64,000 nt of DNA from Bacteroidota bacterium. GTDB taxonomy: Bacteria; Bacteroidota; Bacteroidia; Flavobacteriales_D; Crocinitomicaceae. Numbering within the stretch: position 1 is the first letter of the stretch; each line of letters opens with the position of its first letter. The notes under the pieces are model-generated. The model saw nothing but the letters and a program-made list of their open reading frames with translations, was not told the origin of the DNA and ran no database searches. The position numbers and the translations under genes are program-made. Below, in pieces: positions 10,213 through 19,257 of this stretch. The stretch lies in assembly GCA_041179525.1 (NCBI GenBank), contig JBEGTG010000001.1, forward strand, positions 11,806-75,805, read 5' to 3'.

Positions 10213-10523
10213 GGCTTGAATTCTTCGATGAGCGTAAGGGTCGTGCGAAAAGCGGCGAACTTTCCTTGAAAATGCAAAGCATGATCTTGTTGCAGCGCAG
10301 GAGCAAATTCAGATTGGTATTGATCAAGTGTCTGTTGGTCTTTGGCTAAATACATTACAGAATAGGTACAACCGCCGTCTTCTTCTCCGTTTACCCGCGA
10401 AAGACGGCATTCTAAAAAGCAACCCGTTTGAAGTACATCTTGAATATGTGTGCCTCTCATGTAGGCTAACCACTCGTGTTCTACTGCTTGGTCAATACTG
10501 ACCGTTACATTGTATAATACCAT
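10209..10523 (-). CDS. DUF4286 family protein
   Basis: 104 aa. MVLYNVTVSIDQAVEHEWLAYMRGTHIQDVLQTGCF matches my memory of the DUF4286 N-terminus. 4-nt overlap with rsmA. Confidence 0.6.
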   Translation of the reverse strand: MVLYNVTVSIDQAVEHEWLAYMRGTHIQDVLQTGCFLECRLSRVNGEEDGGCTYSVMYLAKDQQTLDQYQSEFAPALQQDHALHFQGKFAAFRTTLTLIEEFKP

Positions 10524-10640
10524 GGTGCAAAGGTAGCCAAAGCAGCGGATTGCAGAAAATTGCAGCGGCTTAAGTAAATATACGGTAGATTTTATATAAA
10601 AAATATAGTACTTTTAGCATAGAATCTTTAAACTCATACC

Positions 10641-11387
10641 ATGAAAAAACTCTTACTTTCTGCTTTATTTGCAATGACTTACGCCCTTTCTTGGGGTCAA
10701 TCTTGTACGCCGGGCATCAACTTCGTAGATTCCACCTACGGTATTTGGCCAGACACCACTCAAAACCTTCCCCCTGCCGATCCCAACGTGGCTTATTCCA
10801 CAGATATCAACTTCAAAGTACCTTCAACGGTAACAGCCGAAATTGATCCAAGTGGTCAGTTTGTGGGATCTGTAATCCAACAATTCACCATTGACGCTGT
10901 TCAGGGCTTACCTCCAGGATTCGATTTTGCTTGTAATATTTCAAACTGCACCTACCTAGGAGGTGCAAACGGTTGTGCAAATCTTTACGGCACTACAGAT
11001 TCTGTAGCGGTATTCCCTGTTACCGTAGACATCACTGCCACGGTATTGGTTGTGCTTTTCCCAGGTTTGCCTCCAACGCCAGTTACACAAACAGTTTCTT
11101 TTGACGGCTATAAAATTGTAGTTGGTTCGGGTGGAACAATTGATCAGGTCATCAATCCACTTAGCTTGCAACCTAACCCAGCCACCGCCACTATTGAAGT
11201 AGCTGGTTTATATGCTGGCAGTTCTTCAGTCGTTACGCTACGTGACCTCTCAGGAAAAACAATCGAGGTACTTCAAACCAATGCCAGTTCTGTCACTTTT
11301 GATTTAAGCAAGTTGGCTAGCGGAAGCTACCTTATTGAACTTACCGACACATTTGGCACACAACAACAAAAGTTTGTGAAGCTCTAA
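10641..11387 (+). CDS. Secreted protein with type A T9SS C-terminal sorting domain
   Basis: Signal peptide. The C-terminal about 80 aa (LQPNPATATIEV...LRDLSGKTIEV...LASGSYLIEL...KFVKL) fit the Por secretion tail pattern. Confidence 0.7.
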   Translation: MKKLLLSALFAMTYALSWGQSCTPGINFVDSTYGIWPDTTQNLPPADPNVAYSTDINFKVPSTVTAEIDPSGQFVGSVIQQFTIDAVQGLPPGFDFACNISNCTYLGGANGCANLYGTTDSVAVFPVTVDITATVLVVLFPGLPPTPVTQTVSFDGYKIVVGSGGTIDQVINPLSLQPNPATATIEVAGLYAGSSSVVTLRDLSGKTIEVLQTNASSVTFDLSKLASGSYLIELTDTFGTQQQKFVKL

Positions 11388-11407
11388 ATGCAATAAAAAA
11401 TTGAATG

Positions 11408-11431
11408 AGGGGAGGGCACTCCCCTTTTTTT
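11408..11431 (+). terminator. Rho-independent terminator between convergent genes
   Basis: Stem aggggag (11408-11414) pairs with ctcccct (11419-11425). Loop ggca, then a 7-T run. Confidence 0.6.
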
Positions 11432-11437
11432 GTGCCC

Positions 11438-12034
11438 TTATTTTTGATACAAGCCTCTATCAGCGATGTACTTTGCTACTGGTTCTGTCAGTAAAAAAGA
11501 GCAGTCTTTACCTGTTGCCAAGCGCTTGCGAACGAAACTTGCACTGATTCCTAAGATAGGCACATCCCTGACCATTTCAATATTTGGATGCTGTTCAAGC
11601 GCAGTATGTGGAGCTTGTTCGGTATCCTCCTCTCTTCGGCGCGGGTATACATAGATCCGATGTTTTGCTAGAATCTGCTCCCAATTATACCATTTGTGAA
11701 AAGAGCGCAGGTTGTCTTCTCCGAGCAGCAAACTGAACTCATCTTGCGGATACTTTTCCTGCAAATGTGTGAGTGTAGAGATGGTATAGTTCGGCTTTGG
11801 CAAATGAAATTCGATGTCGCTAGCTTTCAGCTGCGGTGCATTAAAAATCGCATCTCGAACCATGTCTAGGCGCAGGTGATCTGCGAGTAGAGTCGCTTTT
11901 TCTTTGTGTGGGTTATGTGGCGTTACCACCAACCATACTTGATCGATTTGGGCGTGTTGCGCCATGTGATTGGCAATGATCAAATGCCCCACATGTATGG
12001 GATTAAATGTTCCGAAAAATAGGCCTATTTTCAT
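11438..12034 (-). CDS. nadD: Nicotinate-nucleotide adenylyltransferase
   Basis: GLFFGTFNPIHVGHL is the (H/T)xGH nucleotidyltransferase motif. 198 aa. Confidence 0.9.
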   Translation of the reverse strand: MKIGLFFGTFNPIHVGHLIIANHMAQHAQIDQVWLVVTPHNPHKEKATLLADHLRLDMVRDAIFNAPQLKASDIEFHLPKPNYTISTLTHLQEKYPQDEFSLLLGEDNLRSFHKWYNWEQILAKHRIYVYPRRREEDTEQAPHTALEQHPNIEMVRDVPILGISASFVRKRLATGKDCSFLLTEPVAKYIADRGLYQK

Positions 12035-12600
12035 GAACTGATCAATTGTTGTACAATGCGTTCGACTTCTTCTATAGCCGTTGAAAGCTCATCATTGACC
12101 ACTACATAATCAAATTCTGGGGCATGGCTGATTTCTTCCGCAGCTTTGGCCAAGCGCAGCTGAATTTTGTCTTCGGTGTCGGTTTGGCGCTTGCGCAGTC
12201 TTTCTTCGAGCACTTGGATACTTGGGGGTTGGATAAAAATAGAAACGGCTGCTGTTTGCAGTTTCTCCTTGATTTTTAATCCGCCAATGACGTCTACATC
12301 AAAAACAACGACCTTTCCTGCAGACCAAATGCGCTCAAGTTCTGCTTGAAGTGTGCCGTAATACATGCCGGCATACACTTCTTCCCATTCAAAAAAGGCG
12401 CCTTGCTCAATTTGTAATTTGAAAGAGTCTGGGGTCAAAAAGTAGTAATCTACGCCATTTTGCTCTTGGCCGCGAGGTGCTCTTGAACAAGCAGAAATCG
12501 AAAATTCTAATTGCGGATACTTGCGCAACAATGCGCCAACAATTGTTGATTTACCTGCGCCAGAAGGGGCTGAAATGACAATACTGCGTTTGCTAAGCAT
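12031..12600 (-). CDS. gmk: Guanylate kinase
   Basis: P-loop SAPSGAGKSTIV, plus SRAPRGQEQNGVDYYF. Confidence 0.92.
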   Translation of the reverse strand: MLSKRSIVISAPSGAGKSTIVGALLRKYPQLEFSISACSRAPRGQEQNGVDYYFLTPDSFKLQIEQGAFFEWEEVYAGMYYGTLQAELERIWSAGKVVVFDVDVIGGLKIKEKLQTAAVSIFIQPPSIQVLEERLRKRQTDTEDKIQLRLAKAAEEISHAPEFDYVVVNDELSTAIEEVERIVQQLISS

Positions 12601-12601
12601 T

Positions 12602-13480
12602 TTAGAGTGCGTTGAGAACCTGTTCTTTGATTTTTTCGAGGTGGTCTTTCATGATCACCACCCTGCGTTGGATTTCAGAATGATTACACTTGCTGCCCAA
12701 AGTATTGATTTCACGACCCATTTCTTGGGCAATGAAACCTAGTTTTTTGCCAGATGCCTGTTGGTTGAGGGTTTCTGTAAAATAATTGAGGTGCTGCTGC
12801 AAGCGCTGCTTTTCTTCAGAAATATCGAGTTTCTCGACATAATAAATCATTTCCTGCTCCAAACGATTGGCATCTATGCGGCTCTCATCTATGGAGGCCA
12901 AGCCTTTCTGGATGCGTTCCTTGACTTGTGCCACGCGCTCTTGTTCGAAAGGAACAATTGCCTTGAGTTCAGACTGGATATGAGCTAGGTTGTCTAGTAG
13001 GTCTGTAGCCAAACTGAGCCCTTCTTGCTTGCGGAACTTTTGAAGCTGCGCACAGGCTTGGTTCACTAAGTCTAGTATAAAGGTAGACTCAGGTTCTGAA
13101 AGTTCTTCATGCTGGCTGGTGAGTACGTCGGGCAGTCGCAAAACGAGGGAGAGGTAATCTTCGGTGTTCGTACCCCAACTAGCGTTCATGGCTTTGAGTT
13201 TTTCAAAATATGCCGTAGCAACTTGTTCATTAATAAGACCTGCAACTTGGTGTTGTTGGCTCTCGATATAAATACCGAGGTCCATTTTGCCGCGCAATAA
13301 GTTTTCGGTTACGAGTTTGCGAATAGGTGACTCGAGGTCACGGTAACTCGAAGGAATTTTAAGGTTGAGGTCGAGGCCTTTAGAATTGAGCGAGCGCACT
13401 TCAACTGAGATTTTTTTATCCTGATAATGGCCGTTGGCCTTGCCAAATCCGGTCATTGATTGCAACAATACATGGTTCAT
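12602..13480 (-). CDS. YicC family stress-induced protein
   Basis: N-terminal SMTGFGKA and C-terminal QEMGREINTLGSK are YicC signatures. Confidence 0.85.
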   Translation of the reverse strand: MNHVLLQSMTGFGKANGHYQDKKISVEVRSLNSKGLDLNLKIPSSYRDLESPIRKLVTENLLRGKMDLGIYIESQQHQVAGLINEQVATAYFEKLKAMNASWGTNTEDYLSLVLRLPDVLTSQHEELSEPESTFILDLVNQACAQLQKFRKQEGLSLATDLLDNLAHIQSELKAIVPFEQERVAQVKERIQKGLASIDESRIDANRLEQEMIYYVEKLDISEEKQRLQQHLNYFTETLNQQASGKKLGFIAQEMGREINTLGSKCNHSEIQRRVVIMKDHLEKIKEQVLNAL

Positions 13481-13484
13481 GTGC

Positions 13485-14054
13485 TTAGTCGTTGTCTATT
13501 AGTAAGTCGGCATCAATGCCATCGTTTTGTTCTTTCACAAACCAAGCAATTTCACTCATGATTTGGGCTTTTTGGTCGGTTTGCGGGGCCCGTTCTTCTA
13601 CGTATTCTTTGAGCAAAAGCTGAGATTCAAGCAGTTGAGACTCATCGAAAGGGCCAGACATATTCTCGATGATGGTCAGGCAATCTAAAGCCTCCAGAAA
13701 ATCGCCTTGTGAAGCCAACATGACAAAAAACGGTAAATGTTCGTCAAAAGGCAGTTTTGAATTCCAAATTGCAGACAAAACGAGCTTGCGGTTGGCAGGG
13801 TTGGTTTCTTCTTGGAGGTAGGTGATAAAGGCTTCAACGGCGTCGGTGTCCTGAATATCAGCTAAAAAGCCTAAAACAAGTTGTTGTTCAGCGCGCTCAA
13901 GGCCCTCCAAACTATTGAATACTTCTGAAAGGACCGTTGGGTGACCGTGATCCTTTAAAATGTTTAGCGCTGCGTTGATAGAAGAAGTGTCTTTTTTTTG
14001 TAGAAAGCCAACAGCTTCTTGCAACTTCTTTTGATTTTTCCTGACAATACTCAT
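13485..14054 (-). CDS. Hypothetical protein, helical-repeat-like
   Basis: 189-aa ORF, 4 nt upstream of yicC in the same operon direction. No motif recognised. Confidence 0.5.
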   Translation of the reverse strand: MSIVRKNQKKLQEAVGFLQKKDTSSINAALNILKDHGHPTVLSEVFNSLEGLERAEQQLVLGFLADIQDTDAVEAFITYLQEETNPANRKLVLSAIWNSKLPFDEHLPFFVMLASQGDFLEALDCLTIIENMSGPFDESQLLESQLLLKEYVEERAPQTDQKAQIMSEIAWFVKEQNDGIDADLLIDND

Positions 14055-14198
14055 GATGCAAAGGTAAGGAATTCGACCTCGCTGCGCATCAAATTGCCCT
14101 AATGTGTTACTTTATACAATATTTGGTGTTTATAAAAACAGAAAAAAATCAATTTCAATAGCTGATAAAAAATCAACTTTGTAAAAAAAGCTGCATCC

Positions 14199-15167
14199 AT
14201 GAAAAATTTCTTTTTCCTTTCCTTCATCGCCTCTTTGTTGTTTACGGCCTGTGTACCGTCTAAAAAATACAACGAACTACTCGAACGCGAAAAGTCGTGT
14301 AGTGAAGAACTAGCAAAATATAAAAAGAGCAGCAGCGACTACGAAGTGCTTTCCAAAGACCTTCAAACTAAATACGATTTAGCAGCCAAAGAAGTGAGTC
14401 GCTTGCGCGGAGACACCAACAATTTAGGAAATCAAATGCGCCTTTTACAACGCGAAACTGAAACGCTCGAGGCTCAGTACCAAACCTTAGAAACGTCGTT
14501 TGACAAACTCAAAAACCTCAGCGCCAAAGAAACAGCTACCCTCCAGACAGAACTCGAACAAAAAACCAAAGAACTCCAACGCAAAGAGGATGCGCTATTG
14601 AAATTAGAGCAAGAACTCAAAACCAAACAAGCCCTACTAGAGGAGCGCGAAAAACGCGTAAATGAACTCGAGGAAGCCATCCGTAAAAAAGATGCAAAAA
14701 TCCAATTGCTCAAAGCGCGTGTGGCCAATGCCCTCCGCAACTTTGAAAATCAAGGTTTAACGGTGGTTCAAAAGAACGGCAAAATTTACGTGAGTTTAGA
14801 AGCCAAACTCCTCTTCAATTCGGGCTCAACAAAAGTAGAAGATGAAGGTAAAGAGGCCTTGGTTGAACTAGCCCGCGTACTCGAAACCGAACGCGACCTC
14901 GAAATTGTAGTAGAAGGCCACACCGATACCGACAAACTCAATAGCAGTGTTTCACCGAGAAACAATTGGGAATTGTCCGTATTGCGCGCCACAGCAGTAG
15001 TAGAGTTGATGCTGGCCAATTCCAATATGGCACCTACGCAAATGATGGCTGCGGGTCGTGGTGAGTTTCATCCAGTTGACCCTGCAGACAAATCGAAAAA
15101 CCGCCGCATCGAGATCATTATTTCTCCGAACCTCAACGAGCTCTTTGAAATCATTTCAAACGAGTAA
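14199..15167 (+). CDS. OmpA-family lipoprotein with long coiled-coil linker
   Basis: Lipobox LLFTAC. A heptad-rich 150-aa segment. C-terminal OmpA_C motifs (VEGHTDTD...NWELSVLRA...GRGEF.P....K..NRRIEI). Confidence 0.8.
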   Translation: MKNFFFLSFIASLLFTACVPSKKYNELLEREKSCSEELAKYKKSSSDYEVLSKDLQTKYDLAAKEVSRLRGDTNNLGNQMRLLQRETETLEAQYQTLETSFDKLKNLSAKETATLQTELEQKTKELQRKEDALLKLEQELKTKQALLEEREKRVNELEEAIRKKDAKIQLLKARVANALRNFENQGLTVVQKNGKIYVSLEAKLLFNSGSTKVEDEGKEALVELARVLETERDLEIVVEGHTDTDKLNSSVSPRNNWELSVLRATAVVELMLANSNMAPTQMMAAGRGEFHPVDPADKSKNRRIEIIISPNLNELFEIISNE

Positions 15168-15195
15168 GCACTTGTAAATGCGGGCTTCCAGCGGA

Positions 15196-17574
15196 TCAAC
15201 GGATCACATTAACGTGTCCGTGTAGGTCCTCGTAAATGCCTTTTTCGATTTCATAGATCAAATACCATGTATAGGTGCCATCTTGTACAGGAACACCCTC
15301 ATAACTGGCATCCCAAACAAAATTGAGCTGATCGGAAAAGAAGACTTCTTCACCCCAACGGTTATAGATATAGAATCGTGCACTCATGAGCCCAATAAAA
15401 CGGCCATAAAAATATTCATTGAGTCCATCGCCATCGGGGGTGAATGAATTGGGTAAGTAGATGTAGCGCTCTGGTGCAATTTGAATCCATTTTGAAATGC
15501 TGTCGATACAACCTTTCTGATCAGTGGCTATAAGCGTGATTTCGTATGGACCTGGCTGCGCATAGGCATGTGTAGGATTGACTAAAAAAGAACCGTTTCC
15601 ATCGCCAAAAGACCACGTATAAGACCACGCATTCATGGAAGCGTTTTCGAGCTGTACGGGCAAACCTTGCATCGGGGCTTGGGTAAGGATATAAAAATTG
15701 GCAAGCGGTTTCACGACCTGAACTGTAGCCACAGCAGTGGTACTAAAGGTTTGGCACTCGTCACTCACCTGGACAAAATAAGAAGTGGAAACTTGTGGGG
15801 CTACAGAGATTTGTGCGGTAGTAGCGGTAGTAGACCAATTGTAGTAATAGGTGCCGTAACCCCCACTGGCGCTCACTAATAAATCTACAGTATCGCCAGG
15901 GCAAATTTCAAAAGGGCCATTCATTTGTAAAACAAGTGGGGGGCTCAGGATGGTGTAGGTGATGGAGTCTTGGATGCTGTTGCCGCAATTATCGCTAAGT
16001 GAAATGACATACGTACTGGTGCTCCCAGGATTCACTAGCAGCGAATCGGTTGTGCCGCTCACCACATTATTGGTGGTCCAGAGATACGAATATTGACCTG
16101 ATCCACCGCTGGCTTGAACGCCGATAGTGGCTGGAATATACGGGCAAATTTCAGTGATGTCTGGGCTGGTGATTAGGGCAAGTGGGCTAAAGACCGGCAC
16201 ACTCACAACAATTGTATCAGAGGCTGGTACACCTGTACAGGCATCTGTAACTTCTAGCCAAATAGCTTGTGTAGCAGAAGGCGTGAGTGTAATGCTACCA
16301 GTAGTTTCGCCTGTACTCCAAAGATAAGTATAAGGCTGAACGCCGCCGCTAATTTGCGAGTTGATGACGATTGGATCGCCTGGGCAACTGATATTGGTCG
16401 TGCTGAGGTTAACTTGCAAAGGTTGGTTGTCTTGGATCCAGAGATCGAGCACGAGCGGCGTTATATTTCCGCAGGGATCGGAAATTGGGAAAGTAAGGGT
16501 GAGGGTTTCCAGGCCTTCGAGCAGCGCATCGGTTAAGGATAGAATAGTGAAACTCACGGTGTTCTGACCGGGCTGAAAAGTAATACTGGTTGGGATGCCG
16601 CTGTAGTCTTGGCCGTTGGTGGCTGTGCCGCTAAGCTGCACAGGGATCGTGAGGCTTTGAGAGAGGTTGGCCTGGCGTGAAAGCGTGACATTGGTGCTCA
16701 CACAGCCTTCAGCCATCCAGTCTGGATTGGCAAAAACCTGCTGCGATAAAGTATGATTGATCTCTACGGGTGTTAATGTAGAAAGGCTATTTGCTTCCAA
16801 AAAGATACCTGAATCCCATTGACCATCGCCGACATCAGCAATTGCGATTGTAAGGTGATAGGTTTGGCCACACTGAACTTTAGAAATGGCCTCAAGTACT
16901 TTGGTAAAGCCATCGTATTGAATATACTGCGCACTTTGATTGTACGGAGGTGTGCTCCCATCTCCGTTATTCACAAAGTAAAAAGGATTTGTATTGGTGT
17001 TGACATTATTGATCGAGACTACCGCCCCGTTAGGAAGCTTGGCAATGTTTTCAAAACCGACGATCCCCGGCCCAGAAATGAAAAAACCGAATACATCGTT
17101 GTAGGTCGTGTTATTTGGAGGTGCGAATTCTGGGTATTCATCCGAACCAAAGACATATTTGAAACGAACGGTATCAGCATATGGAATAAAGTCAAACTCT
17201 AAAATGGCGGCGTTATAGGTTTGCGTACCTTGTATCAATTGCGAAAGTAAGGTGAAGCCGCCCATATTGTTGTCTACGCCTGTACCCGGTTCATCGTTAG
17301 GGCCTTGTGGGCCATCGCCGTTGGGCAAAGTAGTGCCGGTGGTGAGGACAATGCCGCTGTTGATGCCGAGGGTGGTGTTGGCTGCAGTAAATTGCGCAAT
17401 GGCCATTGGGCTTCCGTTGTAAGTCACATTAGAAACTGTGACACCATTGCCCAGCAGTACGTTTTGAACCAAACCCTGCGGGTTGAGGGCGTTGTTTGTA
17501 ATCAGTTGGGCATGAAGCTGCAAAAGGAATAAATTCCCGAACAGCAATAAAAATATACCCAAGCGTAAAGACAT
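15196..17574 (-). CDS. Large T9SS cargo: choice-of-anchor L, Calx-beta-like, repeated Ig-like and PKD domains plus type B (gliding-motility) CTD
   Basis: N-terminus LVQNVLLGNGVTVSNVTYNG...FKYVFGSDEYPEF...DVFGFFISGPG. Calx-beta-like LSGTATNGQDYSG. PKD motif WSFGDGN. CTD YLPNSFTPDGDGLNEYF...IYNRWGEEVF...GTYTWYL. Confidence 0.75.
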   Translation of the reverse strand: MSLRLGIFLLLFGNLFLLQLHAQLITNNALNPQGLVQNVLLGNGVTVSNVTYNGSPMAIAQFTAANTTLGINSGIVLTTGTTLPNGDGPQGPNDEPGTGVDNNMGGFTLLSQLIQGTQTYNAAILEFDFIPYADTVRFKYVFGSDEYPEFAPPNNTTYNDVFGFFISGPGIVGFENIAKLPNGAVVSINNVNTNTNPFYFVNNGDGSTPPYNQSAQYIQYDGFTKVLEAISKVQCGQTYHLTIAIADVGDGQWDSGIFLEANSLSTLTPVEINHTLSQQVFANPDWMAEGCVSTNVTLSRQANLSQSLTIPVQLSGTATNGQDYSGIPTSITFQPGQNTVSFTILSLTDALLEGLETLTLTFPISDPCGNITPLVLDLWIQDNQPLQVNLSTTNISCPGDPIVINSQISGGVQPYTYLWSTGETTGSITLTPSATQAIWLEVTDACTGVPASDTIVVSVPVFSPLALITSPDITEICPYIPATIGVQASGGSGQYSYLWTTNNVVSGTTDSLLVNPGSTSTYVISLSDNCGNSIQDSITYTILSPPLVLQMNGPFEICPGDTVDLLVSASGGYGTYYYNWSTTATTAQISVAPQVSTSYFVQVSDECQTFSTTAVATVQVVKPLANFYILTQAPMQGLPVQLENASMNAWSYTWSFGDGNGSFLVNPTHAYAQPGPYEITLIATDQKGCIDSISKWIQIAPERYIYLPNSFTPDGDGLNEYFYGRFIGLMSARFYIYNRWGEEVFFSDQLNFVWDASYEGVPVQDGTYTWYLIYEIEKGIYEDLHGHVNVIR

Positions 17575-17628
17575 CTACTTTATAACGGATTTCAAAAGAT
17601 TTCGTTGTGCTTTTTTGGCCATTTTTTC

Positions 17629-17656
17629 AAAAAAAAAGGATGCCGAAGCATCCTTT
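17629..17656 (-). terminator. Rho-independent terminator of the YceI/membrane operon
   Basis: On the minus strand: aaaggatgc-ttcg-gcatccttt, followed by a T run (A run 17629-17634 on the plus strand). Confidence 0.6.
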
Positions 17657-17678
17657 CAAGTTTTGTGCCAAAAACCGA

Positions 17679-18062
17679 CTACTTTTTGTTGTACATAATT
17701 GGTTGAAAAGACATCCAAATTAGCGGCAAAACAAATAAACACGGTATGGCAACGATCGGTAGAAAAGTGGTGTCGATTTCTGAGTTTGTGTACTTCAATG
17801 GGACTCCCATTAAGGCTACAGCTAGAAAACTAAGCACTGCGTTTAAAGCAAATAAGCCCACATTTTTCCATTTTCTTTCAATGTAAAATGACAAAACAGA
17901 GAAGGTGCAGGCGAGTGAAAAATAGAAAAGAACAACTTTCCAAATTGGAAGGATTTTTATTGTTTCATCAAACTCGAATGAATAAAAATAATTGAGAAAA
18001 AATCCGATTACCGCCGAAGATAAGGTGGCAATAAGGAGTCCGAAAGCGAGTATTCTTAACAT
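17679..18062 (-). CDS. Small integral membrane protein (4 predicted TM)
   Basis: 127 aa, hydrophobic throughout. 4 nt downstream of the yceI-like gene. Confidence 0.5.
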   Translation of the reverse strand: MLRILAFGLLIATLSSAVIGFFLNYFYSFEFDETIKILPIWKVVLFYFSLACTFSVLSFYIERKWKNVGLFALNAVLSFLAVALMGVPLKYTNSEIDTTFLPIVAIPCLFVLPLIWMSFQPIMYNKK

Positions 18063-18066
18063 AATT

Positions 18067-18588
18067 CTACTTTTTTATGACGGGGATGGTTGCTGTAATT
18101 TTAATTGTTTCAGCTACTCCACCATTCTTTTTTCCGATCTGAAAATCAGATCTGTCTACGCTAAATTTAGCAATAAAAGTGCCTTTGTTCCCTTTCTTAG
18201 TAAATGTAAATGGGATCGTGACTTCTTTACTGATGCCATGCATTTGCAATTTACCTGTTGCTTTAAATCCTTCACTCGTCTTTTCTATTTTAGACGAAGT
18301 AAATTCGATCAAAGGATATTTGTCTGCGTTGAACCATTCTTCACCTTTTGCGTGCTTGTTCATGAGGCCGTTGCCGGTATTGATCGACCCTACTTCAATT
18401 TTAAAACTGAGTTTTGAACTTGAAAGTTTGGTCTCGTCAAAAACAAGAGAAGCAGCGGTAAGCTCATCAAACGTACCACTTACATCCGGGTTCGAGAAAG
18501 AAATTTTGTGTCCGTCGGCAAGTTTGTATTGCTGGGCGAGACTCGAAAAAGCAGCAAATAACAGGAATAAAATAGCGTAGCCTTTCAT
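18067..18588 (-). CDS. YceI family periplasmic protein
   Basis: Signal peptide. Y....H.ISF...........G.F......... and the ...LQMHGISKEVTIPF pattern match the YceI lipocalin-like fold. ATG at 18588; the track start at 18591 is TTG. Confidence 0.8.
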   Translation of the reverse strand: MKGYAILFLLFAAFSSLAQQYKLADGHKISFSNPDVSGTFDELTAASLVFDETKLSSSKLSFKIEVGSINTGNGLMNKHAKGEEWFNADKYPLIEFTSSKIEKTSEGFKATGKLQMHGISKEVTIPFTFTKKGNKGTFIAKFSVDRSDFQIGKKNGGVAETIKITATIPVIKK

Positions 18589-18593
18589 CAAAA

Positions 18594-19166
18594 TTAGTTT
18601 TTAGCGATTTCCAAATCTGCTTGTAGTTTAACTTCGTCAGCCAAACCTGGGCTTACTTCACCCATGCCAAACTCAGAGCGTTTTACGGCACCAGTAATTT
18701 GCAAACCTGCAACTTCAGTTCCTTTGTAATTCTTGCCATTACCAGTGTGTACACCGTTGAATACAACTTTCTTGGTGGTGCCATGCATGGTCAATTCACC
18801 TTCAATGATGTATGTTCCTTTTGCTTTAGCAGCTGTTACAGCAGTACTTTTGAAAGTAATTGAAGGGTATTTTTCAGCGTCAAAGCAATCTGCTGTGCGC
18901 AAGTGATTATCGCGGGCTTCGATACCTGTATTTACAGAAGCTGCATCTGCGTTCAAAACGATAGTTGCGCCTGTGAAGTCTGCATTTGGCGTAGTGACTT
19001 CCATGGTGAATTTACCGAAGTTACCGTGAACGTTAGTGATACCGTTATGAAGGATCGTGAAACCCAAACGAGAGTGTGCACCATCAACAGACCAAACACC
19101 TGCTTGAGAAACAACAAAAGAAAATAAGGCGAACGCGCCAACTAAACCAACTAATAAATTTTTCAT
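18594..19166 (-). CDS. YceI family periplasmic protein
   Basis: W.VDGAHSRLGF...H.GITNVHGNF..F, RDNHLRTADCFDAEKYP.ITF and LTMHGTTKKV. Confidence 0.85.
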   Translation of the reverse strand: MKNLLVGLVGAFALFSFVVSQAGVWSVDGAHSRLGFTILHNGITNVHGNFGKFTMEVTTPNADFTGATIVLNADAASVNTGIEARDNHLRTADCFDAEKYPSITFKSTAVTAAKAKGTYIIEGELTMHGTTKKVVFNGVHTGNGKNYKGTEVAGLQITGAVKRSEFGMGEVSPGLADEVKLQADLEIAKN

Positions 19167-19257
19167 GTTTTAAAATTTTAAGATTACTATGTAAACAAAT
19201 TATCGAACACAAAGTTGCGATAAAGTGATTTCTTTTCTCTTGACGTAGGTCAAGGAA

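Noticed and set aside
19238-19253. Hairpin cttgac-gtag-gtcaag just downstream of the mfd stop
   Set aside because: It has only a 6-bp stem and is not followed by a U run on the minus strand, so I did not call it a terminator.
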